Assembly (NCBI GenBank): GCA_017479985.1
Contig: JAFVBL010000012.1
Span: 791-64,790 of the forward strand
Direction of reading: 5' to 3'
DNA: 64,000 bases
Source: Alphaproteobacteria bacterium
GTDB lineage: Bacteria; Pseudomonadota; Alphaproteobacteria; RF32; CAG-239
In this document: piece by piece, positions 55,699 through 64,000 of the stretch
Position numbering within the stretch: position 1 is the stretch's first letter
Layout: each line of letters begins with the position of its first letter
Notes under the pieces: generated by a model
The model's input: the letters and a program-made list of their open reading frames with translations, nothing else
Database searches by the model: none
Told to the model about the DNA's origin: nothing
Made by a program: the position numbers and the translations under genes

Positions 55699-56919
55699 AT
55701 GAAAACATATTTGGTTGGCGGTGCGGTTCGCGATATGGTTTTGGGCAAGCCGCCACACGATTCGGATTATGTGGTATTCGGCGCAACACCGGAACAAATG
55801 ACTGCACTCGGATTTGAGCGTGTCGGCAAGGATTTTCCGGTATTTTTACATCCGAAAACGCACGACGAATATGCTCTTGCACGTAAAGAGATAAAAACCG
55901 GCGACAAGCACACCGATTTTAAATTTATTTTCGGTCCCGACGTCACACCGCAAGAAGATATGCAACGCCGTGATTTTACGTGCAACGCACTGATGTTTGA
56001 TGCCGAAAACAATAAAATCATCGATTTGGTCGGCGGTATTGACGATATCCATAATCGCATCATACGCCACGTCAATACCGAACATTTTATTGAAGACCCG
56101 TTGCGTGTTTTGAGAATGTGCCGTTTTGCCGCCAAGCTGGATTTTGATATTGCACCCGAGACAATGAAACTGGCGCAAGATATGACGCGAACCGGTATGC
56201 TTAATCATCTGACACCGGAACGCATCTGGAAAGAAATAGAGACCGCACTGAACACAGAACATTTTGATAAGTTTATCTCCGCAATGCGCGAATGCGGCGC
56301 ACTGAAAGTTATTTTGCCGGAAGTCAATAGACTTTGGGATATGCCCGAACGAACGGATTATCACCCTGAAGGCAACTCCGGTGCTCATACATTACTTGTC
56401 TTAAAGCAGGGATATAATTTATCGCCGAAGATTAAATTTGCGCTTCTGTTGCACGATATCGGCAAAATTGATACATCGCCGGATATTTTGCCGCAACATA
56501 TCGGACACGACAAGGCCGGTTTGCCGCACATTCAAAAAATTTGTCAGCGTCTTAAAGTACCGAATAAATATCGCGATTTTGCATTATTGGTGGCGGAATA
56601 TCATATGAAATTCCACGCTGTGCCGCAAATGCGCAAGGGTAAATTCGTCACCTTTTTGGAAAAATTAACCGATAACTTTCGTGACGGCAAGCAGATGATT
56701 GATTTTATGCGTGCCTGCAAATGCGATTCATTCGGCCGTGGCTACACACCGACGGCAAATAAAAATGACGAAATCTTTGAAGCCGCACGCCGCTGCTTGC
56801 ATAATTTTCGTATTCAACGTGCCATAAAAGCCGATTCAATGCCGAATTTTGATCAAATTCCGAAGGATAAGAACTTCAAAGACCGTCTGACTCAATTTCG
56901 CGCCACACGTGTTTTGTAA
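55699..56919 (+). CDS. cca: Multifunctional CCA-adding enzyme with HD domain
   Basis: [16 protein letters not shown] start (SD AGAGGAAAG). [23 protein letters not shown] and the HD motif LLLHDIGK. Collinear with E. coli Cca. Confidence 0.9.
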   Translation: MKTYLVGGAVRDMVLGKPPHDSDYVVFGATPEQMTALGFERVGKDFPVFLHPKTHDEYALARKEIKTGDKHTDFKFIFGPDVTPQEDMQRRDFTCNALMFDAENNKIIDLVGGIDDIHNRIIRHVNTEHFIEDPLRVLRMCRFAAKLDFDIAPETMKLAQDMTRTGMLNHLTPERIWKEIETALNTEHFDKFISAMRECGALKVILPEVNRLWDMPERTDYHPEGNSGAHTLLVLKQGYNLSPKIKFALLLHDIGKIDTSPDILPQHIGHDKAGLPHIQKICQRLKVPNKYRDFALLVAEYHMKFHAVPQMRKGKFVTFLEKLTDNFRDGKQMIDFMRACKCDSFGRGYTPTANKNDEIFEAARRCLHNFRIQRAIKADSMPNFDQIPKDKNFKDRLTQFRATRVL

Positions 56920-56935
56920 CAGTTATATATATAAC

Positions 56936-56969
56936 AAAAAAGCTCCGCCATCACTGACGGAGCTTTTTT
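56936..56969. terminator. Bidirectional terminator (cca / autotransporter)
   Basis: A5-AGCTCCG-ccatcactga-CGGAGCT-T6. Confidence 0.85.
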
Positions 56970-56982
56970 AACATCAGAATAA

Positions 56983-59900
56983 TTACCAAACAACTCTAAC
57001 GTTGCCGCCTACGCCCCAGGCCTCATAGTCAGAACCGGCCGTGTAGTTACCGAATACGCCGAGTAAGAAACCGTTCATCAATTCGGCATCGGCACCGACT
57101 TCGATACGACCGTAAGTTTCGTTGTCAAGCGTGTCCTTAAATTCACGTCCGTCAACTTTAACTTTGCCGCCCGAAGCCAAAACTTGAATAATCGACGGCT
57201 TGATATATCCCGTTGTCGGCAATTCGTGCTCGTTATTAAACTGATATTCCAGTTTCAGAGCAGCTTCAAGCTCAACATCGTGAATAGTCGAAAATTCCGC
57301 CTCTTTACCCTCAGAATCTTTAGCATTGTCGAAGTCAATATAATTATATGTTGCACGCAACGAAGGCGTCAAAACGGAACGTCTGGTCATACGGATATCA
57401 TATCCGGCTTCACCCTGAAGACCGACCGTCACACCGTCAACCGAATTTTTCACGCCGTTTTTGCCTTTCAAATCGGCATCAAGCTTACCGGCATAAAGCG
57501 CACCCATCAAATACAAATCACCGATGTATCTGCGATAGTAACCGCCCGCCACCCAGCTTTGCAGTTTGATTTCACTGCCGGCATAAGAGAAATACTGACC
57601 TTCTTTGCCGAAATTCTTCTTATTGCCGTCATTTTCATACTTACCGTTACGATAAGAACCGAAGATTCCGATTTCGTCTCTTGCGGTCGGTTGGAAATCC
57701 ATACCGAAATCTACACCGAACAAGTCAAAGTCCGTTTCAAACGGTTTATCAAACGTACCGCTCCGATAGAACGGTGTTGCCCACAATCTTGTACGGAATC
57801 CGCCGTCTTCGTATTTACAGAACTGATTATTGCATTGATCCTGATAGCAGTTGCACTGACCTCTGTTGGTACGGTCAAGCGGTAACCGCAAAGAACGCAA
57901 CTGCTCAACTGCCGAACGCGGCAAATCAATTGCAGTCATCGTTTCCGGCGGAATCGTATTATCAACGGCAGCACCTCTGTATAAGAACCAATCATATACC
58001 GATGTCGCTTCGTTATAATCATAACCGACTTTAATTTCATAGTTCGGGTTAATACCATTTATCACTGAGAACGTATATGTATCGGCATCAACACCGTAAT
58101 CTCCCGGAGTCTGCGCAAAGTAAATACGTTGACCAACATCTAATTTAACGGAAGAATATCTTGTTGCCCGATCCTCATCAGACTTATTTTCCGTGTAGAA
58201 TACAACAATCGTATCACCCGTGATTGCCTTATCAATCGTAATCACTTCAGAATTATAATGCTGACCTTCGTAATATCCGAACGCATAGCCTTCCGGCACC
58301 GAATCAATCGGAATCAGCGTGTGTTCGCTATCCGTACGCACCAAGTCATCATTATTCATATTGATATAGATTTTACCGCCTTCACTCTCTAACGTTCCGA
58401 TGTGAATATTCTTGGTAATATAACCGTCTTGTTCGGAACGAACAACACCATTCGTTTTATTTACCAAATGACGGGCAATACCGACATCTGTATCCTCTGC
58501 TGCGTCATAATACATAAGATGACCGTCGTTTTCGACATAGTAACCCAAGTAGAAATTATCACTGCTTGTACCTTCATTATCGGCAGAAGTGGTCACACCG
58601 CTATTTGCAGAAACAAACCCGCCGTCATAAAACGTCAGTTTGGCACTGTCATCATCAAGCGGATCGATAACCAAATCCATTGTTTTTGAAAAATCGTACG
58701 TATATTTATTTTTCCAACTCGCATCGGTATCATCATAGCGCAAAATCGTATTCTGATCCAAATAGAAGTCATTATCAACCAAAATATCATTATCCGAACT
58801 CAGATACATATGAGATGCATTGGAACCGACAGAGCCTAAGACAACTTCGCTGTAAGCCATATTCATCTGCGGTGCCAAAGAGATATAACCGGCCCCGACA
58901 CCGCTGGCAGCACCCATTTTAAACTGTGTATTGATAATTTCGTATGAGCCTGTTCCCAAAAATGTTGCATAGGTCGTGACATTGGATAGTGATGATGCTT
59001 TTGTTTCACCGGAATCAATCAAAGCGTGCGCCGAATTATTGGAACCGGCAAACTGAATCAACCCGGCTTCACCGTTATTATCATTTTTGGTGTTATAGAC
59101 GTTATCTGTTTTGCTGGCAAACAAAATCTGACTGCCGTCAATCAAATTATAATGCATTGAGCCGAGCAAAACGGAATTACTACCGTTATAAATAGCGCCG
59201 CCGCTGCTTTCAATCGTTATCGATTGACCAAACATATTATTGTCCGGTGCCACAGCAGTTTGATTATCGGTATTGCCGGTAAACACCATTCTGTTTGCGA
59301 TAACACCGAATACGCTGCCGCCTGCGTTATAAAGTCCGCCGCCGGCACCGTTTATTGCCTCATTGGAATCAAACACGATATCGTTTGAAGAATTACGGTT
59401 ATCAAACAATAAATATCCACGGTTATGTTCATCCCGATCCGTACTTCCGTTCACGGTTCTTCCGGCATTATACACCGCACCGCCGGTGAACAAAATAGAA
59501 GAATCCGAAGATTGTGCATTACCGCTTACGCCGTTTTCTTTAAATGTGGCATCTTTGATAATCATTCGTCCGGCATTATAGATAGCACCGCCGCGTGCTT
59601 TACCGCTTCCGTCCGCAATAGCGTTGTTGCCTGTAAACGCAGCATTTTTCAATCCCTCAATAACACCTATAGATTCGTGCGCTTCACCCGCGCCATAATT
59701 ATTTGAATTATAGTTATAGATAGCACCTCCGTCCGCATAAGCGCCGTTAATTGCATACGCAGAGTTGCTGATAAAGTTAAAAGATGTATTATCGGCGATG
59801 ACAATTTTGCCGTTATTATATATTGCACCACCTTCAGCTTGACCGAACATATCACTTGCCGTCGCCGTTGTCGTATCAGTCTGAACAGAGTTATTCAAAA

Positions 59901-61041
59901 AGCTGAGAGCGCCTGAAAATGTAAGTTTGGCATCCCAATCGAACGTATTATCATCGTTTATCGCCGAATCATCATTATAAATCGCACCGCCGCGTGCCGC
60001 CTGACCTATTGCATAGTTTGTCTCATAAGTATCGTTTTCGGAGGTGTACACGTGGATATTATAAACTGCGCCGCCAAACGCGTGGTCGGACAAAGCATAA
60101 GCAGAACTTCCGCTGCCGACAACGTTTCGAGCGCCGGCACAATTGTTATCGTCACATAGCGTTTTGCTATTCAAAACATCAAATATTTTTGTTTTAACAT
60201 CGCCCGAAGATGCAATGTAATCATTACCGACGTGGTTTCCGGAAAAAGTATTACCGCTGGAAATCAATCCCTTATCTGTGTAGCCGCCGGCCGTCGTATT
60301 GATTAAAGAATAATCCCAACCGTTATAAATTGCACCGCCGAGTGCATTTACAAACATCATTGCATAGTTATTTCTGAATGTGGAATTACGGATTGTTGTA
60401 CTTTCATTACTGATATTGGATAAAACACCGCCGGTTGCCTGCACTGAGGTATTTTTTTCAACTTTTGTAAAATTAGTTGTCGAGTTATTTTCAAAAGTTG
60501 TGTTTTGGATTTCCAATTTTGCTCCGATATACGGCGTACCGTCACCATTCAATCTGTCTGCATTCAAGTTACCGATGACACCGCCGCTTTGAACTTGTGT
60601 CACATCACTATTGTCACCAAAGATGTTATGTTTGTTGGAAACAATCGTTCCGCTGACTGTCGCACCGCTTTCGTTTTTACCGAAAAACACATCGCCGTAG
60701 TTCACAATCCAGCTGGTATGTGCCGTTCCGCTCACAGAACCGGTATCAGAAAACAGTGGAGTTTCCAAATTGCTGTTGCCGGCAAAAATATATGCACTTA
60801 TCGGATTATTATATCCGGTATACGAAGATCCGCCCCGTATACTTTCTTTAATATTATTTCCCATTGTACTAAAATCGCTTCCTGTTGCCGTTTCACCGGT
60901 TGCCGTTTCACCGGCTGCTTGCGCGGCAGATGCAAACAAAAACACACCGGCTGCCGCTAAATTCAGCAACGCGCATTTTTTCAAAATACTTTTATATTGC
61001 GAAGTTAAAACTCCGATTCCGTTTCGGCTTAATCTAAGCAT
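56983..61041 (-). CDS. Autotransporter with Pmp-type (GGAI / FxxN) passenger repeats
   Basis: 1352 aa. Extended 42-aa signal region ending in AAQA. At least 9 GGA(I/V/L)YN motifs interleaved with F(S/T)GN motifs. C-terminal beta-barrel domain ending ...GGNVRVVW. Confidence 0.85.
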   Translation of the reverse strand: MLRLSRNGIGVLTSQYKSILKKCALLNLAAAGVFLFASAAQAAGETATGETATGSDFSTMGNNIKESIRGGSSYTGYNNPISAYIFAGNSNLETPLFSDTGSVSGTAHTSWIVNYGDVFFGKNESGATVSGTIVSNKHNIFGDNSDVTQVQSGGVIGNLNADRLNGDGTPYIGAKLEIQNTTFENNSTTNFTKVEKNTSVQATGGVLSNISNESTTIRNSTFRNNYAMMFVNALGGAIYNGWDYSLINTTAGGYTDKGLISSGNTFSGNHVGNDYIASSGDVKTKIFDVLNSKTLCDDNNCAGARNVVGSGSSAYALSDHAFGGAVYNIHVYTSENDTYETNYAIGQAARGGAIYNDDSAINDDNTFDWDAKLTFSGALSFLNNSVQTDTTTATASDMFGQAEGGAIYNNGKIVIADNTSFNFISNSAYAINGAYADGGAIYNYNSNNYGAGEAHESIGVIEGLKNAAFTGNNAIADGSGKARGGAIYNAGRMIIKDATFKENGVSGNAQSSDSSILFTGGAVYNAGRTVNGSTDRDEHNRGYLLFDNRNSSNDIVFDSNEAINGAGGGLYNAGGSVFGVIANRMVFTGNTDNQTAVAPDNNMFGQSITIESSGGAIYNGSNSVLLGSMHYNLIDGSQILFASKTDNVYNTKNDNNGEAGLIQFAGSNNSAHALIDSGETKASSLSNVTTYATFLGTGSYEIINTQFKMGAASGVGAGYISLAPQMNMAYSEVVLGSVGSNASHMYLSSDNDILVDNDFYLDQNTILRYDDTDASWKNKYTYDFSKTMDLVIDPLDDDSAKLTFYDGGFVSANSGVTTSADNEGTSSDNFYLGYYVENDGHLMYYDAAEDTDVGIARHLVNKTNGVVRSEQDGYITKNIHIGTLESEGGKIYINMNNDDLVRTDSEHTLIPIDSVPEGYAFGYYEGQHYNSEVITIDKAITGDTIVVFYTENKSDEDRATRYSSVKLDVGQRIYFAQTPGDYGVDADTYTFSVINGINPNYEIKVGYDYNEATSVYDWFLYRGAAVDNTIPPETMTAIDLPRSAVEQLRSLRLPLDRTNRGQCNCYQDQCNNQFCKYEDGGFRTRLWATPFYRSGTFDKPFETDFDLFGVDFGMDFQPTARDEIGIFGSYRNGKYENDGNKKNFGKEGQYFSYAGSEIKLQSWVAGGYYRRYIGDLYLMGALYAGKLDADLKGKNGVKNSVDGVTVGLQGEAGYDIRMTRRSVLTPSLRATYNYIDFDNAKDSEGKEAEFSTIHDVELEAALKLEYQFNNEHELPTTGYIKPSIIQVLASGGKVKVDGREFKDTLDNETYGRIEVGADAELMNGFLLGVFGNYTAGSDYEAWGVGGNVRVVW

Positions 61042-61165
61042 AATCTTTCTCCTTAATAGACTTTTCTGGCGTCAGACTACACCTAAATTATTAACATTTT
61101 CATAAAATTTTGAAACTTTTTGCCGTTTTTGAAAATATTTTATCGGATTTGAACGTTTTTTTACT

Positions 61166-62224
61166 TTAACCTGCGAAGAAAACCGTTTGATTAAACACGT
61201 TTTCCAAGAAAAACAAACTGATAAAGCAGATTAACATCGCCATCAGCGGCGCCGTTATCCACCCGAGAACAATTTTTCCTATAATCCCCCAATTTATGTT
61301 GCGCCCGCCTTTAACCAATCCGATTCCGATAACCGCACCGATGACCGCCTGTGTGCTTGATACCGGCACAAGCGGAATTGTCGGCAAAGGCGATGCTTCA
61401 AGCCAATTATGCAAACTGACGGATGAAAACAGCAACAACACCGTTGCCTGAGATAATACAATAATCAGCGCCACCATCGGTGACATCCGCATCAAATTGT
61501 TTCCGACGGTTTTAATCACTTTATGCGAATACGTCAAAATCCCGATGCTGATAGCAACAGACCCGATTAAAAACAGCACCTGCGTCGGGTTTAAGGTCAG
61601 AAAATTACCGAAACTGACCGGCTTAAACGGACAAGATTCAATAAACACACCGACCACATTGGCAATATTGTTTGCCCCCAAAGCGTATGCACCGACGGCG
61701 GCGGTCAAAACCAATCCGATACGTGTCAGTTGGTCACGCATCAACAAATGCATACTGGAGCATTTCTGGATTTTTTTGGACAACAGATACAACAAAATCG
61801 CCACCACGCCGGAAATCAACGGGCAAAGCGTCCACGTTGAAACAATCTGCGCCAATGTTGTCAAATCGGTTGCTTTGCCGGCATACAGGTTCCATCCGAC
61901 AATGGCACCGACAATCGCCTGCGAGGTTGAAACGGTCACACCGACACGGAGCATCATATAAACCGCCAACGCTGCCGACAGAGCTACCATAAACGCCCCT
62001 GCCAACGCATTGACCGAACCCAAATGTCCGAGTGTCGCACTGGCACCGCTGCCGCCGAACACCGAGCCTATAACAACAAATACACAGGCAACGCTTGCGA
62101 TAACCTTAAACCGCACCATTTTTGAGCCGACCGCCGTACCGAAAATATTTGCGGCATCATTTGCACCGAGTGACCACCCCAAAAACAAACCGCTGCTCAA
62201 AAAAAACAAATAGCTCAAATCCAT
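61166..62224 (-). CDS. pit: Inorganic phosphate transporter, PiT family
   Basis: 352 aa, polytopic. GANDAANIFGTAVGS and a second GANNIANVVG repeat motif. Confidence 0.9.
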   Translation of the reverse strand: MDLSYLFFLSSGLFLGWSLGANDAANIFGTAVGSKMVRFKVIASVACVFVVIGSVFGGSGASATLGHLGSVNALAGAFMVALSAALAVYMMLRVGVTVSTSQAIVGAIVGWNLYAGKATDLTTLAQIVSTWTLCPLISGVVAILLYLLSKKIQKCSSMHLLMRDQLTRIGLVLTAAVGAYALGANNIANVVGVFIESCPFKPVSFGNFLTLNPTQVLFLIGSVAISIGILTYSHKVIKTVGNNLMRMSPMVALIIVLSQATVLLLFSSVSLHNWLEASPLPTIPLVPVSSTQAVIGAVIGIGLVKGGRNINWGIIGKIVLGWITAPLMAMLICFISLFFLENVFNQTVFFAG

Positions 62225-62883
62225 CAGATATCTCTCTTAATGGTGAAAATAAGCACAGAGTCTATACAATCTTCGGCTTTATCTGCGACATCTGCCACAC
62301 CGCCGATAAGGGTGTTGAGCTGAATCTTGTGCGCCAATTCCATATCCGAATCAAACACTTCCTGCTTTAAATCCGCCCACGTTTTATCGCTTTCTCTTTC
62401 CCATAAAAACACCTTTTTGGAATAATCACGCACCGTGGTAAAATCGCGGAAAAACGCACGTGACGCCATCGCCATATTTTCGGCGCACTCCGACACCTCA
62501 TTCACGAGCTTGCGGAACTTATCCTGATATTGCACCGGAATATCAGGCTGTTCTATATAAAATTTATGTGTCACTTCGTCAAATTCGTTAATTACCTTAT
62601 CGATATTTTCAACCATCTGCAACACATCGGCACGCAAATCCGGAATCAGATTATGAATATACAGTTTGCTTTCAATTTCTCGCCGCAAATCATCTGCTTT
62701 TGCTTCGATATTTTTCATTTTTTTACTGGCACGGCGATAATTCTGACTGCGCTTTTCTTTCAAATAAATATCAAACGCCTGTCTGAAACACATTGCGCTT
62801 TCAATGATTTTATCGTGCATTTCATCGATTTTTTCTTCTAAATCGCGTGTCCCTGAAAACATAGAAAATTTTATATTAAACAT
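62224..62883 (-). CDS. DUF47 / PhoU-like Pit accessory protein
   Basis: I prefer the start MFNIKFSMFSGTRDLEEKIDEMHDKI (SD GGGAGA) over the track's upstream ATG at 63009. The stop overlaps the pit start (TGATG). Confidence 0.8.
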   Translation of the reverse strand: MFNIKFSMFSGTRDLEEKIDEMHDKIIESAMCFRQAFDIYLKEKRSQNYRRASKKMKNIEAKADDLRREIESKLYIHNLIPDLRADVLQMVENIDKVINEFDEVTHKFYIEQPDIPVQYQDKFRKLVNEVSECAENMAMASRAFFRDFTTVRDYSKKVFLWERESDKTWADLKQEVFDSDMELAHKIQLNTLIGGVADVADKAEDCIDSVLIFTIKRDI

Positions 62884-63030
62884 TGCATTTCTCCCGTATT
62901 GCTCTTTTCTAATCAAAAAAAATGCAAAAGTCCACCATAAATTTTCATAATTACGTTTTTTTGCTTGCGAAAATATAAAAAAGTGATTATATAGTAGTTG
63001 TTTGAACATTAATTATTTGAGGAAATAAAA

Positions 63031-63768
63031 ATGAAAAATTTTTCAATCATTCTTTCGACAGTTGCTGTTATTCTGGCGGCTGTTGCCATTGTTTCAACCA
63101 ATAAAACCAAAGCTGCGAATGAAGGCGCTGCCATTTCGGCAGAGCAGGTTTCTGCAGTTTTGACACAGAATCCGAAAATTATTGCCGACGCAATGCAAGC
63201 TTATGAGAATCTGCAACGTGAAGAAGCCGAAAAAGCTGCTCAAGCGGCTCTTCAGGCTCACGCTACGGAATTGAACAGTGATGCCGGTTTACCGTTTGTC
63301 GGTCCGAAAGACGCCAAAGTTACCGTTGTTGAGTTCTTTGACTTCTCTTGCGGTTATTGCAAAAGATTGGCACCGTCTGTTGAAAAAATCATTGCAGACA
63401 ATGCGGACGTAAAAGTTATCTTTAAGCCGTTGTCTTTCGTTTCTAAGGTTTCGGGGTATCAGGCTAAAGCCGGTTTGGCTGTCAGCAAACAAGGTAAGTT
63501 CTTGGACTTCTACAAAAAAGTTATGGATTACAAAGGTGCTCCGATGACAGAAGAAACTGTTGACGGTATTGCACAATCCGTCGGTGTTGATATGGATCAA
63601 TACAAAAAAGATTTGGCATCTGCCGATGTTGAAAAAGCTTTGAGCTCCGTATCTTCTTTGGCTCGTGACATTTCAGTTAACGGCGTGCCGATGGTATTCG
63701 TTAATGTGAAACACGTACCGGCTATGTCTCCGGAACCGATTCAGGAAGCTATTAACGCTGCAAAATAA
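63031..63768 (+). CDS. DsbA-family thiol:disulfide oxidoreductase
   Basis: 245 aa. N-terminal anchor/signal, thioredoxin-fold active site FSCGYCK. Confidence 0.8.
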   Translation: MKNFSIILSTVAVILAAVAIVSTNKTKAANEGAAISAEQVSAVLTQNPKIIADAMQAYENLQREEAEKAAQAALQAHATELNSDAGLPFVGPKDAKVTVVEFFDFSCGYCKRLAPSVEKIIADNADVKVIFKPLSFVSKVSGYQAKAGLAVSKQGKFLDFYKKVMDYKGAPMTEETVDGIAQSVGVDMDQYKKDLASADVEKALSSVSSLARDISVNGVPMVFVNVKHVPAMSPEPIQEAINAAK

Positions 63769-63792
63769 TCCGGAATTTATATTAAGCAAAAA

Positions 63793-63820
63793 ACGTCGAT
63801 ATTGTTATCGGCGTTTTTTT
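63793..63820 (+). terminator. Rho-independent terminator after the DsbA-like gene
   Basis: ACGTCGATA-ttgt-TATCGGCGT followed by T7. Confidence 0.85.
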
Positions 63821-63974
63821 GTGCTAACATCAATTTCACATCAACAATAAAAAAGGCGCCATATTGCAGACACCTTGGTTCTACGTCAAAGGTAGGGGCA
63901 AAGAGTAGTTGCCTAAGGATTATAAAAGAGTATAATCACAGTTCGACCAAAAACAATTTTAGGGAGAACTACTC

Positions 63975-64000
63975 AATGCTTAAAGACGATATTATCACAA
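63975..64000 (+). CDS. 5' end of an unidentified CDS (MLKDDIIT...), cut by window edge
   Basis: ATG lies 6 nt after AGGGAG. Promoter-like TTGCCT-16-TATAAT at 63908-63935. Only 8 codons are visible. Confidence 0.4.

Noticed and set aside
62884-63009. 42-codon N-terminal extension of the DUF47 ORF.
   Set aside because: The extension is hydrophobic, aromatic and junk-like. A good SD (GGGAGA) precedes the internal Met, and that start gives the usual roughly 220-aa DUF47 length.
63860-63977. Possible riboswitch-like leader before the last partial gene. GAGTAGTT (63902-63909) is complementary to AACTACTC (63966-63973), which lies between the SD and the ATG. There is also a hairpin CCTT-ggttctacgtca-AAGG vaguely reminiscent of preQ1-I loops.
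   Set aside because: A near-consensus promoter (TTGCCT-16-TATAAT, 63908-63935) lies between the two segments. The upstream partner is therefore probably not in the mRNA. No A-rich tail or other class-defining motif is present, and the gene identity is unknown because of the window edge.

Overview
This is a dense 64-kb chromosomal window with about 50 genes, most of them housekeeping. I infer, but cannot prove from the sequence alone, a low-GC and probably host-associated alphaproteobacterium. The inference rests on gene order (tpiA-secG-pyrG; amidase-mrcA-prfB divergent from rne; clpP-clpX) and on protein sequence flavour (the RNase E N-terminus, a short Zn-less L36, type-2 IleRS).

Recognisable genes are two class A PBPs, polA, dnaJ, pyrG, secG, tpiA, a PpiD-like chaperone, fmt, clpX, clpP, a Lon-like AAA+ protease, slyX, a nagB-like gene, a YhdP/AsmA-like protein, prfB (with its +1 frameshift), an AMIN-amidase, rne, an M48/TPR protease, ileS, an archaeal-type aspS, tRNA-Arg(UCU), parE, ettA, rpmJ, cca, a Pit/DUF47 pair and a DsbA-like oxidoreductase.

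I saw no transposase, integrase, phage gene, reverse transcriptase, CRISPR array or recognisable defence gene, so I cannot point to a clear-cut novel multi-gene system.

The most interesting non-core signals are:
1. A well-formed T-box antiterminator leader in front of the archaeal-type aspS.
2. Two promoter-to-terminator structured RNAs. One is a stand-alone sRNA candidate. The other is an attenuator-like leader in front of an AT-rich GT2-GT8 fusion glycosyltransferase.
3. A Lon-like protease divergent from three consecutive membrane-anchored repeat proteins (TPR, TPR, MORN).
4. A secreted protein with 32 cysteines, whose stop codon lies inside a perfect 3 x 20-bp tandem repeat.
5. A small HAD-like and HD-domain gene pair translationally coupled to the YhdP-like gene, inside a long envelope operon.
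6. A NagB homologue lacking the catalytic Asp72.
7. A duplicated tRNA-Arg 3' end next to an SPFH gene with foreign codon usage.
8. A cluster of REP-like repeats.
9. An orphan divergent gene pair.
10. A Pmp-repeat autotransporter.
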